From NCBI GenBank assembly GCA_030704615.1, contig CM060734.1:62434001-62498000 (forward strand): a DNA stretch of 64,000 bases, written 5' to 3'. Within the stretch, counting starts at the first letter, position 1. Every line of letters starts with the position of its first letter. Shown piece after piece: positions 12,103 through 27,598 of this stretch. A program made the position numbers and the translations under genes. Source of the stretch: Takakia lepidozioides (lineage: Eukaryota > Plantae > Bryophyta). The notes under the pieces are model-generated. The model made no database searches. It had not been told where the DNA came from and saw only the letters and a program-made list of their open reading frames with translations.

Positions 12103-12162
12103 CTTCACATCAAAGCTATGGTGGTCGCTGAATTCCAAGCGCTCCACATGCAATGCACCTGC
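12103..12162 (-). pseudogene. Captured exon resembling tetraacyldisaccharide 4'-kinase (LpxK)
   Basis: AG/GT-bounded 60-nt phase-0 exon AGALHVERLEFSDHHSFDVK, matching the LpxK RL(D/E)FSDHH.F motif. It lies inside the hAT element. Confidence 0.65.
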
Positions 12163-12896
12163 CTGCAACCCACACGCATTCATATCAAACCAGCCCAGCT
12201 GTGTGAACATAACATTTTGTTAAAAGAAGACCAAAAACCTGGGAAGCTAGAACAAATCGGCAAAGAAGGCAACCTAGACATAGGGTACAGCAAACATGAG
12301 GATGTACAGGAATGGATTTCAGAGAGTTGATTACCCCTTCTGGAGCCCTAGTCATTTGTAGCAAGTCAACCCATCAGGTCTTGTCTTGTCTTATGTTCGA
12401 GACAATACTTGTGCTTTGAAGCTACCCACGGTCAAAATGGGGACTCACGAGTCGGACTGGTTGGTTTCCCCGCATGTGCTTGTACGACATCTGCATTCAA
12501 ATATGCACTTCCCACATTTAAAAGAACAATAGTTGCAGCTTACCAGCTTTCTCTTGTTATATGTAGCCACTAGAATGCTCCGATCAATTTTGGTGGTTTT
12601 ATATGCCTCCACCTCATTCACAATCCCAGTACCCACGAAAGCATGTCAAAAGGTATGTACAAGCCATACACATTTGTTGTATTTGCTTCAAGCTAGGGGC
12701 AAGGGCAGCAGTGCTGCATTCTTTCTAGTATTATGTCAGTGCCACTGTATACATAACTCTCCATACCCTGTAGTTGGACTCTCCTCCCTCGAGTACAAGC
12801 ACTATGGTGATGTTGGATGGACATATACCCTAGCGCACTGAAACACCACAATAACTCTGGAACCCCAAATGGACTCTGCCCTTTCACTCCCAAGTC

Positions 12897-13864
12897 ATCC
12901 TTCACAAAGACAATTACTCGTTTGGTGAGGCCAAACTTATCAAGCATGGATTTAAGCTGGATTGCCATAGGAGTGCCATGTGTATCTGAAACCTCAAACA
13001 GTCCAACTGTTAAGTGTACTAGAACCCATTTGTCGCTCAAGAAATTTATAACCAATGCAAATGTATCCACGCCACCCCTGCTCATCCACAAATCAAAACT
13101 TGTAGATACAGTGCTAGCATTCGCAAGAGAAGACAACACGTACTGGTCCATAATCTTATGTACCATGCCAGGTAATGTTTCCTCGACAAACAGGTGACGA
13201 GAGGGAAACACGACTCGAGGACACTGACGTAAGATTAACCTCCTGAGCCATATATTTTCTACCGTTGAGATTGGCTTGTAACCTTTGCACTCATACAAGG
13301 TGAGGTCTTCAAGAAACTTCACTTGTGCATCATCACGTTTTGAGTAAGGATTACTCGAACCAAAAAAAGTTGTGATGGCAGCGCCAGTAGGTCAGGTCGT
13401 TTCTTTGCTGGCTGACGTGTGTCGTCACTTTTCTTCTCCACGAATTGAATTTTTCTCATTGCCAACAAATGGGGATGAGCATTTTGAATATGTGTGTGCA
13501 TAGCGGTGATGCCATGCTTCTTGGTATACTTGACTAGTCCCTTCCTGAGTGCACTTCGCTGATCAAGTACGTTACTAGAAGCTGTGTCAGATCTGCAAAC
13601 AATGCATCTCAAAATTTGAGGGTTTGCAACATCCACAGGGAGATTATCATTCACAACAAAGAATCCCCAACAAACGCTATTCTGATTATGCGGTTTCCAA
13701 AAACCAGCTTGAAGGTGCATCGCTGCTAGATGTGCTGCATCCCCATCAATTTGCAGGTTCACCTCACCACGCTCAGTCAAACTCAAAGGTTCAGGATGTG
13801 AGATTGTTGAGCAAACTTCCCCAATGCCCATGGCATTAACGCTACCTCCCTCCTCTGCGTACAT
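12897..13864 (-). pseudogene. hAT transposase remnant (BED zinc finger plus start of the RNase H-like catalytic domain)
   Basis: CWGFFVV..LRCIVC..MHTHIQNAH BED finger, then after a frameshift near 13390 FDLWMSRGGVDTFALVINFL..VIVFVKD. It is cut off after the second catalytic Asp. Confidence 0.85.
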
Positions 13865-14644
13865 CTATGAAAAACAGATTCAAAGCAAACATGTGTGACA
13901 AATTTAAAGCGAAACGATCTGTTCATAGTTCATATACCTGAAGCCTAAGTAGACATCGTATTCATGCTTTAGATACTGATGTAGCTTGCAGCTGAATCAT
14001 TGAATGCCTTCAATGGAGAGACGGCGCTAGAAACGCAGCTGCGTTGTGTGAGCGGGAACATGTCTTATACATAACTGTAACCGCTCTAGGTGGTCAAAAC
14101 GCCTTACTAATCCGGGTATACAGTGTAGTGCTAACCTTGATATAGGGTACATATACATATACATACTCACCTCCCAACCGTCAGTTATCTATTTGCTCTA
14201 TTTTGCAGAAATACCCTGTATGTGGTTATGTATACCCTACTAACCGGGGTGGTAACCGACTCACTAACCGGGGTAGAGTGCTATACCCGGCCAACACTGG
14301 TATATACCCTGCATTGCCTAGCCTACCCCTACACATTAACATGGATGAACTGTACAAAGTCATCCATACTGACATGATGAACATTGTGACAAAATTTCAG
14401 GAGATGTGAACGTTGCAAATGGGATATAAAAGCAACAGCTTTAGCCAGGTAGGATCCAAGTGGACATTCTAATAGTCGCCACTTCTCCCAGCATTTTGTA
14501 GCCACATCCACGCCTATGCAGAAATAGAAATAAACGGCCGTTATATGAACCATCACATGATAGTGTTTTCTAATATAAACTTTGCTTGCGATGAGAAACA
14601 ATAGCGACTACGGTAGCATATGTTGTTGGCCCAAATGTCCAGTG

Positions 14645-14760
14645 TGTCTAAGTCCAAGTGCAATTTCCTATGTATCCAAATGTGCCCATCTAAGCCCAAG
14701 TGCAATCTCCTATGTATCCAAATGCTTCTCCCATGTAGAGGCCCAAGTGCAACCTCCAAT
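14645..14760. repeat. ~39-bp tandem repeat, about 3 copies
   Basis: Unit TCTAAG(T/C)CCAAGTGCAAT(T/C)TCCTATGTATCCAAATG.. is repeated; the third copy is degenerate. Confidence 0.75.
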
Positions 14761-14799
14761 GTCATTCCAACATTTAATTTTATAATTTAGTTGTTCATA

Positions 14800-15594
14800 C
14801 AGTCAAACCTGGATAAATGTTATGCTCCAAGAGTAGGAACTCTATAACAATTAGGCAGTTATATCAAATAACAGTAAAACAGGTTGAAATTTCATAACAT
14901 AACAATTAGAAATTTAACATTAAAAAGGTCCTCTAGATGCAAGATAACATTTAGGGCAGAAATAGGACGTAATGTCTCTTTGCCGGCAGTTCGTCTGCTT
15001 AGCAAAATGCAATACCTTCTTAATGGATAAACACTTTGAAAGAGCAGCACTAGTATCGTAAGCCTACTATGCAAGATACTAATGAACCGTTTCTATAGTT
15101 TTTTTGACCTTAGAGTAAGAAACTGAAGGTACATCCGAGGCTACTAATTCTTCTTCATCGCCCCCATGCATTTCTTCACTTGGTGCAACCATAACTGTTC
15201 TCTGTTCCCCTAAATATTCGCAGTACCCTATCAGGAGGTTCTCAAGTTCCCTGGACCCCCCAAACCCTAAGAGGCGGCGGTTAGGGTTCTCCTTGCCAAT
15301 TCAATAGTGAAATTCCCATCTCAATATTGAAATGGCCATTTCAATAGTTCAAATGCCCATTTCAATAGTGAATTTGAATTTGAATACTAGTACCATTTTT
15401 ATTTTATTATTATTATTTGATTGAATGTAACAATTCCAGAGGTGTCTTAACAAAGAGGAGAGTAGGTATTCAATAACAAATAACAAATAACACTCTTTTT
15501 GTCATTTTTAGTCTATATTTTTACAGAGTAAAAAAACCATAACATTTAGGATGATATAACAAAAAAAGAGGTAACATTTATCGAGGTTTGACTG
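14800..15594. mobile_element. pogo-like MITE (Emigrant/Lemi1-type TIR), 795 bp
   Basis: 23-bp TIRs CAGTCAAACCT(G/C)GATAAATGTTA with 1 mismatch. TA TSD at 14798-14799 and 15595-15596. Contains an internal ~20-bp tandem repeat (TCAATAGTGAAAT..) at ~15300-15380. Confidence 0.85.
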
Positions 15595-16204
15595 TATTTC
15601 TACAATTCTCAGTTCGTACATCCAAATTACACTTAATTTTGTAATTTAGTTTAATTTTCAAAATAGCTTCTCATTGTTTGATAATTTGGAGTTGAATGCG
15701 TGCACGTGTGGTTGTGGGTTGGTTGTGGGTAGGGGCGTGCAGGGAAGCGAGAGGGGAGGAGTGTGTTGGGCCCACAAAACACATGAAGATATGTAAATAA
15801 ATAAATAATTATTTCAAGGCTTTATTGAAAGCAACAGCTAGTGTGATGGTAAAGAACAACTTGTCATGAACGTGCAGTTTGTTGTTCAAAACCTGGTAAA
15901 TGACATTGAGGCGATAATGTGTGTGTTAATTATAAATAATTTATTTGAGGAGGGTCAAAAGGTTGGAGTTAGGGCTCGCCAATCGCCAGTCTGCTCGCCA
16001 CTCGCTGGTGAGTCCGCTCGCCAATTGGAATCAGTCTATTGAGGGTTTGGCTAGTCCGCTAGAAGGTCCGCCGAACTAGGACTTAGAGAAAATTCAGAAT
16101 CTAGACCCGCTGAAAAGGGGGTGGCTTCATGAGCTCACCCATTGGCGGGGCCATAGGTGCATTCAAGTCCCAATCATTAAAAAATGAGAGGCCCAAAAAT
16201 TATT

Positions 16205-16334
16205 GGCCTTTACCCTTAGGGTAAATAAATGGACATATAAATAATTTACCCTTACCCAGAGGATAAATAAACCTCTGATTTTATTTACCCTTACCCGGAC
16301 TGTAAGAAAAAATCTATTTACCCGCACAGCTCTG
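16205..16334. repeat. Probable DNA-transposon end with TTTACCCTTA subterminal repeats
   Basis: Four TTTACCC motifs ending in GCACAGCTCTG (reverse complement CAGAGCTGTGC, hAT-like terminus). No partner TIR was found. Confidence 0.4.
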
Positions 16335-16905
16335 GTCCAAACATCATGAGACCAAGTTCTGCTCACACCCCTTCTCATGGGACATACAAACAAACAAACT
16401 ACCTTGCTTCACATATTGATAGTCCGAGAACTTGATGCAAGCTTACAATCTCTGACAAATCTTTGCCAGACCGGTGAGCACTTGTCAAATTCCATTTGTC
16501 TCCCCACTCCCTCTCAAGAGGGGCCTAGACTTGAGTAGCACCAGAGACCGGAGTGACACTAGAGCAACATTGGACACCAGGGTGACACAGATGGGTGTGT
16601 CACTCCAATCAGTGTAAATCAGATGGGATGATATGTACTGGGGTGACATAACAATCCAACAAGAACCGAACCCTGTATACCAAGCCATCATCACCATCGC
16701 CTTATCAACAGACTACTCGTCACTATACATCACTCAACAACATTCTTTACATCTTTAATACTGAGTTCAGGTAAGAAGGGTGGGAATGATTTCAGAAGGA
16801 GCCTGGCGGGGACTGGCAAAAGTGCCGTCAGATCGGATGCTTGAGTTAAGTTCTTACATTATTGCTATTGTTTTCTACTTGTGAGCTTGCATATTTGTGA
16901 GGTAG

Positions 16906-18380
16906 TCATGCCTTCTTAGATGCCCTCTCACTCTCTGTGGGACATTCCACATGCCAAGGAGGTTCATGAGCTGGATTGAATGTGAGAGCATTCAGCTCCT
17001 GTTTAGTTCTTTCCATCAGATGTATCTTCTCCTTCTGTGTCACAGACAACCACATCCAAATCCACTCTCAGCAATCCTGTTGCCCTGAGAGACAAACAAT
17101 CCTAGAAAATACTACACCTACTAGAGACTTCAAAACAGCTTGTTGAATATTGCACCTCCAAACTGCGAACAACGCCCTCAGGAGAAAAGGAAGAATGAAA
17201 AGGGAGTTCGACTGCATCCTCATCAGAGACACAAGAAGCAAGGAGTTTAAACTGAAAATGAGATTACCAAGCTTTTTTCAAACCGTTGAATTCGCTCCCT
17301 ACATACACGGACCTCCATCTCTAGAGATTGCCGATGTGCAGCTAGATTAATGGGTTGTTGCTCAAGCACCTGCTCCAGCCTCGAGCGTACCACTTGAGGC
17401 TGCCACACTTGCAGAGCCACTGCTGCCTGCCTGTTCCACTCACAATTGTTGAAACATTGCCAGTAGCAGTAAGTGAGCAAATGCATGTCTCCATTATTCC
17501 AGACTTGGGGGTGACCAAAATCTCCCCTGATAGCAGCACTGGCAATAGGTCTTCTGTAACCTCCATCTCTCTCTCCCCCTCCCTCCCTCCAGATTCTTGA
17601 ATTGAACCACACCATTCAAAGTCTGCTAGTGACTTCGAAAATAGAAACTAACAGGGGCCACAAAAGCAAGGGAGGCACCTTGCATGTTCCAGAGTCCCTC
17701 GCTCGGCAAGCGTGTCATATAGATTATGTCGTTCCTTACCAATTAGACGGTGCATATACTGGATATCCGCTTGCAACAACGCCATCCGGCTTTCCACGCG
17801 CATAACCCGCCTTCTGTGTGCTGCCATTTTCACTGCCCTAACTCTCTCGAACCTGTTCCAAACTCCAATCGAGTGAGAGCATTACCACATGGACTTAGTA
17901 TCACCAGAAGCGTGAATCACAAAGTATCTTCAACTCCCCTGCACCATTCTTCCGTATTCTCTGATGCAAGGAAAGGGAAGATACAGCCTCAAGCAACCCC
18001 CAACCCACCAAGGTACTGGCGCATTTCCCACCCCTGACCAAGATTGGTGGACAAGGACAGCGTCCACATAAGGAAGAGCAAACATCCCCGTCCGAAAAAA
18101 CAAACTTCTTTCAAACTAAGCACCTTGTCCTGTAGAAGTATTTCCAGCTCGGTGCATTTTTCTCTTTGCCTTTCGTCAGTTTGGGAGGTTGCTCGGCTTG
18201 CTCTAGCGGTGCAGGAAAATCCTTGAGCCAAACGATCTGCCACAAACGATCAAGGCCAGAGAGTCGGCGCAGACTGCGGCACACAAAGGACAGCGAACAC
18301 AGATCTCTGTAGTCCAAGGCCCCTCCCTCTACTCCCAACTGCAGCACCCTCACCCACAAATCATCGCCCAGACACCCCAT
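16906..18380 (-). CDS. SKIP24: F-box protein SKIP24-like (4 exons)
   Basis: Exons 18380-18124, 17852-17679, 17430-17268 and 17034-16906, all GT-AG and in frame. Motifs DDLWVRVLQLG..YRDLC, RFER..AAHRRR..ES and RQAAVALQVWQPQVVR..LEME match plant SKIP24. Confidence 0.88.
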
Positions 18381-19161
18381 CTCTGCTCTCCTCCGACCAA
18401 AGCCTAACCCTCCGCACTCTTTGACCCGACCTCATGTGTACGCACGTATGTAAACGGTCAGGGAATGCGAGGGCGGACACTAAAGGAATTGCCATTATTT
18501 TTCAAAACATGCCACGTCAAAAATGCCACGCCATCAGACGACATCTTAGAGTCGAGGGAGATCCAATAGAATACAAAGAAAATAATGGCAAGCTCTTCGT
18601 GTGTGTAGAGGGAGGGTCCATCCTTTGTGAGATGTGAGATGTTTGTCACGGCTGTCGCATCGACAAGAAGGGCCAAAAACACGGACTCTTCCCCTGCATA
18701 AACGTTCTGTAAGTTTTCTTTTCCGAAAGCACTGGCTATGCAAAGGAGACCGAGAGAAGAGTGACCTTACAAAGTTGCAAGGTGCTGAGATGCCACATTG
18801 GTGGGTACCAGTGTTGTGAGGTAAATAGTGTGCCTCCATGGCTACATCTTGCTCTCTTTGCTTTTCTGCAAGTCCATTCCACTAGAAAATTCAACTATCC
18901 CATTTTCCTCAATCCACTAGTTGCTCCCTGAGGGCATATTCTCATGTCTAATAAGGTCCAAAACCTTTCTTTCAGACAAGGGAGCAGACTGTGAGACCTC
19001 AACAAACTTGAATAAACAAGACCCAGATATCTTTTCAAAAAAAGGGGCCCAATATTTTAAATAATTGAGGCAATTGGTGTTTAAGAATGGGAGCTGTGTC
19101 ACATACAGAACCTGCTTACCACAAATAATGTGATGAATTATTAAGTGCACACAGCAACTAG

Positions 19162-23104
<3,943 letters not shown>

Positions 23105-23362
23105 TGTGCCTGCGCTTTAGACCGCCACAGCTCCAATCCCACGGCAAATCCAGAGAGAGAGAGAGAGAGAGATGGATGTTGAAGGGCAAGCACAGGAGTT
23201 ATTAGTAGCATGGACTCTGTCCGACGATCAGATGGTCCGTCCGTCTACAATCGGCATCTTTCGGTCAATGGATGGATGCCGTCTGTTCGGTTTGGTCGCT
23301 GCGACCGAGGGTTGGTAATTTCATCCCTCGGTTCCAAAGTTTCCCGCCATTTTGCAAAAGTG

Positions 23363-23400
<38 letters not shown>

Positions 23401-24889
23401 TGGCGGCAGCGTTGCATTTCAGTTTGATTCCATGCGGTGTGGGCTAACAATTCGGAATCAGAGATAATCAATCCTTGGTTTCATTTGTTCTACAGTGTTG
23501 TTCTGTGGGCCTTTTGGCTCCTTCAGATGCGATAATTTTAAATTTTCCTTGGATCTCTCACTTCCTTCCCCTTAAGGTCATTGAGCTTTCCGCAGATGTA
23601 GTATCATTTCATTTCTCATTTTTTCTCCTTGGGTGATGATTGGTGTCTTTTGATATGGCCTCTCTGTTATTTGTACCATCAGTCTCACAGTCTTTGATTT
23701 GAGCTGCTTGTTGAGCGCCCCAATCTCTTTCTCATTTCCTGCTTTGTCTAGTTCCATAAGCCCTTTGAGCTGTTCTCCAACTGTAGAACGCGTCATTTAC
23801 TTTCGTTTTTATAAGCACATCCACCCAAAGGGCTGACAGCCCGGGCCCTCAGAACAACCAACAGGTTAGTGATTGCTGTGGAACCCCAGGCGTAAACCCC
23901 TTCACATTTGTTATCAATGTCATCCCTGCAACAGGTCATACCTAGCAAAGAGAGGAGAGGTAAGGGAGGTCCTTTCAGCCATTTCAGTCAACATAGGTAC
24001 ACAAATTAGTAGAACCTATTTCAGCCCATGCTCCAGAGGGAGGGGGGGTGGTCTCACGTCAGTAAGCACCCATTTCCAAAAGGAAGGTGTCACTAGAGCC
24101 AAGTACTCAAGCAACATAGAGGTCTTTGGTTTGCAAAAGTAATCATAGAATCAGAGTAGAGCTTAATCAAATCCATGTAAGCATGACAACAAGCACCAAT
24201 TCCCAAAAAGGAAGACCAAGTACTCGAGCAAGGACCCATATAGAAGCCCTTGGTTGTTCCTAGAAGAGCTTAGTCAAGTACATGTAACTTCCTCATAGTG
24301 CCAACGCTCTTTGTGTTGCCATACCACTGTTGAAGGAGTCTGAATGGATACCTTGTTTGTAGCCATAGTGTAGTAAGCTCCTTCAGCCCTTCCCTGCTCC
24401 TCTTCCAAATGAGAAGAGTGGCCAAGCTTACTAACCATATAGGGCACCAGCTTTAGGTTAAGACCTCTAGGTGAACCCTAATGAGTCATCCCGTCATCCA
24501 ATTTCCTGTTCCGTTCTAGACAAAAATATCTGAATAGAATAACGGGATCAGGCAGTTCTTGAATGCTGTCTATAAAGATCTTAGCAACATTCAAGGAAAG
24601 AGAGAGAGAGAAAAAAATCCTCAAGCCTTTCATTTTCAGGTTTCCTAATGCTGATAGAAGGCAATGGCTACAGTAGACCAGCCAAGAGAGCAATGTCCAT
24701 TGACTGGATCATGCAGAAGGTATACACATATACTATATTATGCTGCTGCTACAGCGCCTAGCACAAGATATCATGTATTAGTTTGCCATCAAATGTCCTG
24801 TATGTTCAAGGATGGAGAAAGAGCCAAAGGGATCAGGCAGTTCTTGAGTGTTGTTACAAAGAACATATCCACATTCAAGGAGGGAGAGA

Positions 24890-25011
24890 TTGTACTCATA
24901 AGACGTTGTTTGCCGTAGCCTTGTGGCCATTGACCCCGCGCCCAGTTTGAGCGGGAACAAAAGGGACAGAACCTACCTCTGTCAGGGGCTGACGTTGGTA
25001 GTAAGACTTAC
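24890..25011 (-). mobile_element. Ultra-short LINE-A 3' end copy (122 bp)
   Basis: Reverse complement identical to the last 122 nt of the LINE-A copy ending at 44584; flanked by GA-rich sequence. Confidence 0.85.
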
Positions 25012-25039
25012 GAGGGACCGAGAGAGAGAGAGAGAGAGA

Positions 25040-25171
25040 TTGTACTCATAAGACGTTGTTTGCCGTAGCCTTGTGGCCATTGACCCCGCGCCCAGTTTGA
25101 GCGGGAACAAAAGGGACAGAACCTACCTCTGTCAGGGGCTGACGTTGGTAGTAAGACTTACCTCCATATAA

Positions 25172-25175
<4 letters not shown>
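25040..25175 (-). mobile_element. Ultra-short LINE-A 3' end copy (136 bp) inserted in a (GA)n microsatellite
   Basis: Identical to the LINE-A 3' terminus, with (GA)n on both sides (25021-25039 and ~25174-25223). Confidence 0.85.
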
Positions 25176-25227
<52 letters not shown>

Positions 25228-26169
25228 AAACGTCCACTGGGGGCCCTTGCGGCCTATGGAACAAAGGACCACCATAAGACAATCTCACATCAATAAACTC
25301 CAAACGCTGGGCATAGAAAATGCGTTTCATGTAGGTCAAACAGAGAGACATACATACTACTCATCAGATGTTGTTTGCAATAGCCCTGTGCCATATACCC
25401 GCACGCAGTTGGGCGGAGAAACCCAGGTCAAACAGAGAGAGGTTACTGCTGTCATGTCAAGACAGGATATGACTGATTCATACAGAATCAGCCAGAGTAG
25501 CTTAGAAAACTCAGCCAGCATATGGAAAGGTTTCCCAACTCTAGGCTAAGCAACCAAGCCTCATTTACAAGGTTGGGAGAAGAAGGTCATCAGACAGTAG
25601 CCACTCATAGCAGGTAAAGGTGAAGCCTCACCTGCTCCCATCTGTTGTTAGCGAGAAATAGCAGGCTTTGTTGGCCTCACCTAGTTATTATCCACCAAGA
25701 AAGAAAAATGGAGCAAAGTCTAAATGACAATCAAACATAACAGCCTTATTATAAAGTTCTAGCATGTTGATCAATGCATGAGGAAGTAGTAAAAGGAAAA
25801 CATCTTAGCTTATGCCCGCTACAAAAGTGTTGCTCGAGGTAGAGGCCATGGCTCTACTTTCAATCATCCATTTGACAGAGCCTTCCTCTACATATGCAGA
25901 CTGAACTGCTTCTCTTCTTACCCACCACCTTTGAGGCATGGGAAAGGTGCAAGGGAGGAGGTCATGCCCATTAAAGAGCCACAAACTTAAGCCTTTCCAT
26001 GACATCATCTTCTAGTAACCCTCAGAATTGAGCAAGGTCTCAGTTTGAAATGAGGAAGGTCTTGCAATGACCACAAACTGGAGACAGGTTCAGGTAAGTT
26101 TCATGCCTAACTTCGCTTTGTTCGGACGTTCTTGGTGCTTCTAACATGGGCAGCCTCCAAGTCAGCTTC

Positions 26170-27375
26170 ATCTAGCAGGGTCAGTTCTTCCTGCCTAATA
26201 TTCAGATACTTGAAAATCTCCTCTACCTTATCCGCGAGGACTTGGCCTGTTTAACAGGACGGTCATGCTTCCAAGAAATAGAGTTGATCAACTTACGATA
26301 CATGGTTAGGCATGCGAATCAACTGACCCCACCATCTAAGCTTATCATGTCGAGAGCTCAAGGGTCATCAGCTGTTCTAGAGCACGCTGATACGCTCTCC
26401 TTGAGCACCAAAAGCTGAATGGATTCTATAAAGTTTTAGCATGGTTGGAGTTGCCAACCCACATGGCAGATGCGTATTCCAAGGTAGGCCTAATAACGTA
26501 AAGCATGGTCCTTCTTCAGTGTTAACCCCTCTGCCGTGGAAAAACTGAGTGAGATCCAAAGGTTTGCGTTTAGCTTTTTGAACCAATTTGGGTATATGCG
26601 CATCCCACTTACCCACTGGAGGAAAACTGAGCAACAAGATATGTGTAGGAAGGGAGAGCAGGGATCTCTTCACTGCCCCATGTCCATTTGAGATCCCCTC
26701 CTCTCCCCGCGAACATCGAAGGTCACCACTGTGCAATCACTAACATTGGCTTCTAGCCTCCACAATTTTAAAGTGACTGATCCCACAATCAATCAACTCC
26801 TGAAGATTGGATGGGGTATCCCCTAGGCCTGTGAAGTCATCCGCAAACATAAGAGCTGGTAAGTATGGTGGCATCACCCACCTTTACCCCAAATCCCTCG
26901 CTTTCCACATCTTCAAGGAGCTGATTAATGGAAACAATGAAGAGTAGTGGGGAGAGGGTACAACCTTGAGCTACACCTTGGTCAATGTCAAGGAAATTAG
27001 ACTTCTCCCCATTGACCATAACAAAACTTTTGTTGTTCGCATACAGGTTGTGCACCATCCTCCACTTTTACATTCAGGAAGAAGACAAAGGTGGGGCTTC
27101 CTTCTTTTTTTCCTCCCCAGGGTAAAGATATGGTTGACGCAGCCTCTATTTGTCTGGAAGCCCACCTGACCTTCATGGGAAACACTACTAGAGTCCAATC
27201 CAAACCAGCCTCAAGACGGGTAGTTATTATCGTACAAAACAGCTTGCCAACGGCGCTAAGCAGTGTAGTGTTCCCAGGTTCTTCCCTGTCGCATTATACA
27301 GATTGACGATGACACCCTCTTTCCTGCAAAAGGGGATCATTTCAGTCTTCCAAACAAGGTTGAAGAGGAGGGCAA
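26170..27375 (-). mobile_element. Older degenerate LINE-A copy with RT remnants
   Basis: Fragments HEGQVGFQTNRGCVNHIFTL, QGVAQGCTLSPLLF, LMFADDF and WDAHIPKLVQKAK are homologous to the copies at 43397 and 52876, with many frameshifts. Confidence 0.8.
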
Positions 27376-27501
27376 TCAGACAAAAGTAAAGATTTTCAGT
27401 GCTCCTGCTTCATTCATTGGGAACACAGAACACACCTTAGAAAGACAGAGAGTAGAGTACTTGGGGCGATCTGAGGGTGAAACCGAACCAGGGCAATGGT
27501 G

Positions 27502-27551
27502 CTACTACGAGGACGTTTGCGACCCTAAACCCTACTACGAGGACGTTTGCG
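27502..27551 (+). repeat. 20-bp direct repeat flanking a telo-box upstream of the DUF3326 ATG
   Basis: CTACTACGAGGACGTTTGCG at 27502-27521 and 27532-27551, with AAACCCTA at 27527-27534. Confidence 0.8.
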
Positions 27552-27598
27552 TGTGCGTGGTGCGTTCAGCTGGTCTCATCTTGTGGGAGAGGATAGCG

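Larger units (their letters stand above)
10715..14299 (-). mobile_element. hAT DNA transposon with truncated transposase and captured host gene fragments (Pack-hAT)
   Basis: TIRs CACTGTTGGCCGG (10715-10727) and CCGGCCAACACTG (14287-14299). 8-bp TSD GTATATAC at 10707-10714 and 14300-14307. Subterminal CGGTTA/TAACCG repeats at both ends. Confidence 0.9.

Noticed and set aside
17195-17230. CTGATGAG..GAA hammerhead-like motif on the minus strand in the SKIP24 intron
   Set aside because: Has GAAC rather than GAAA, and stems I and III do not form.
25046-25351. 101-aa ORF with SLSLSL repeat
   Set aside because: Artefact of a (TC)n microsatellite fused to a LINE-A 3' end.
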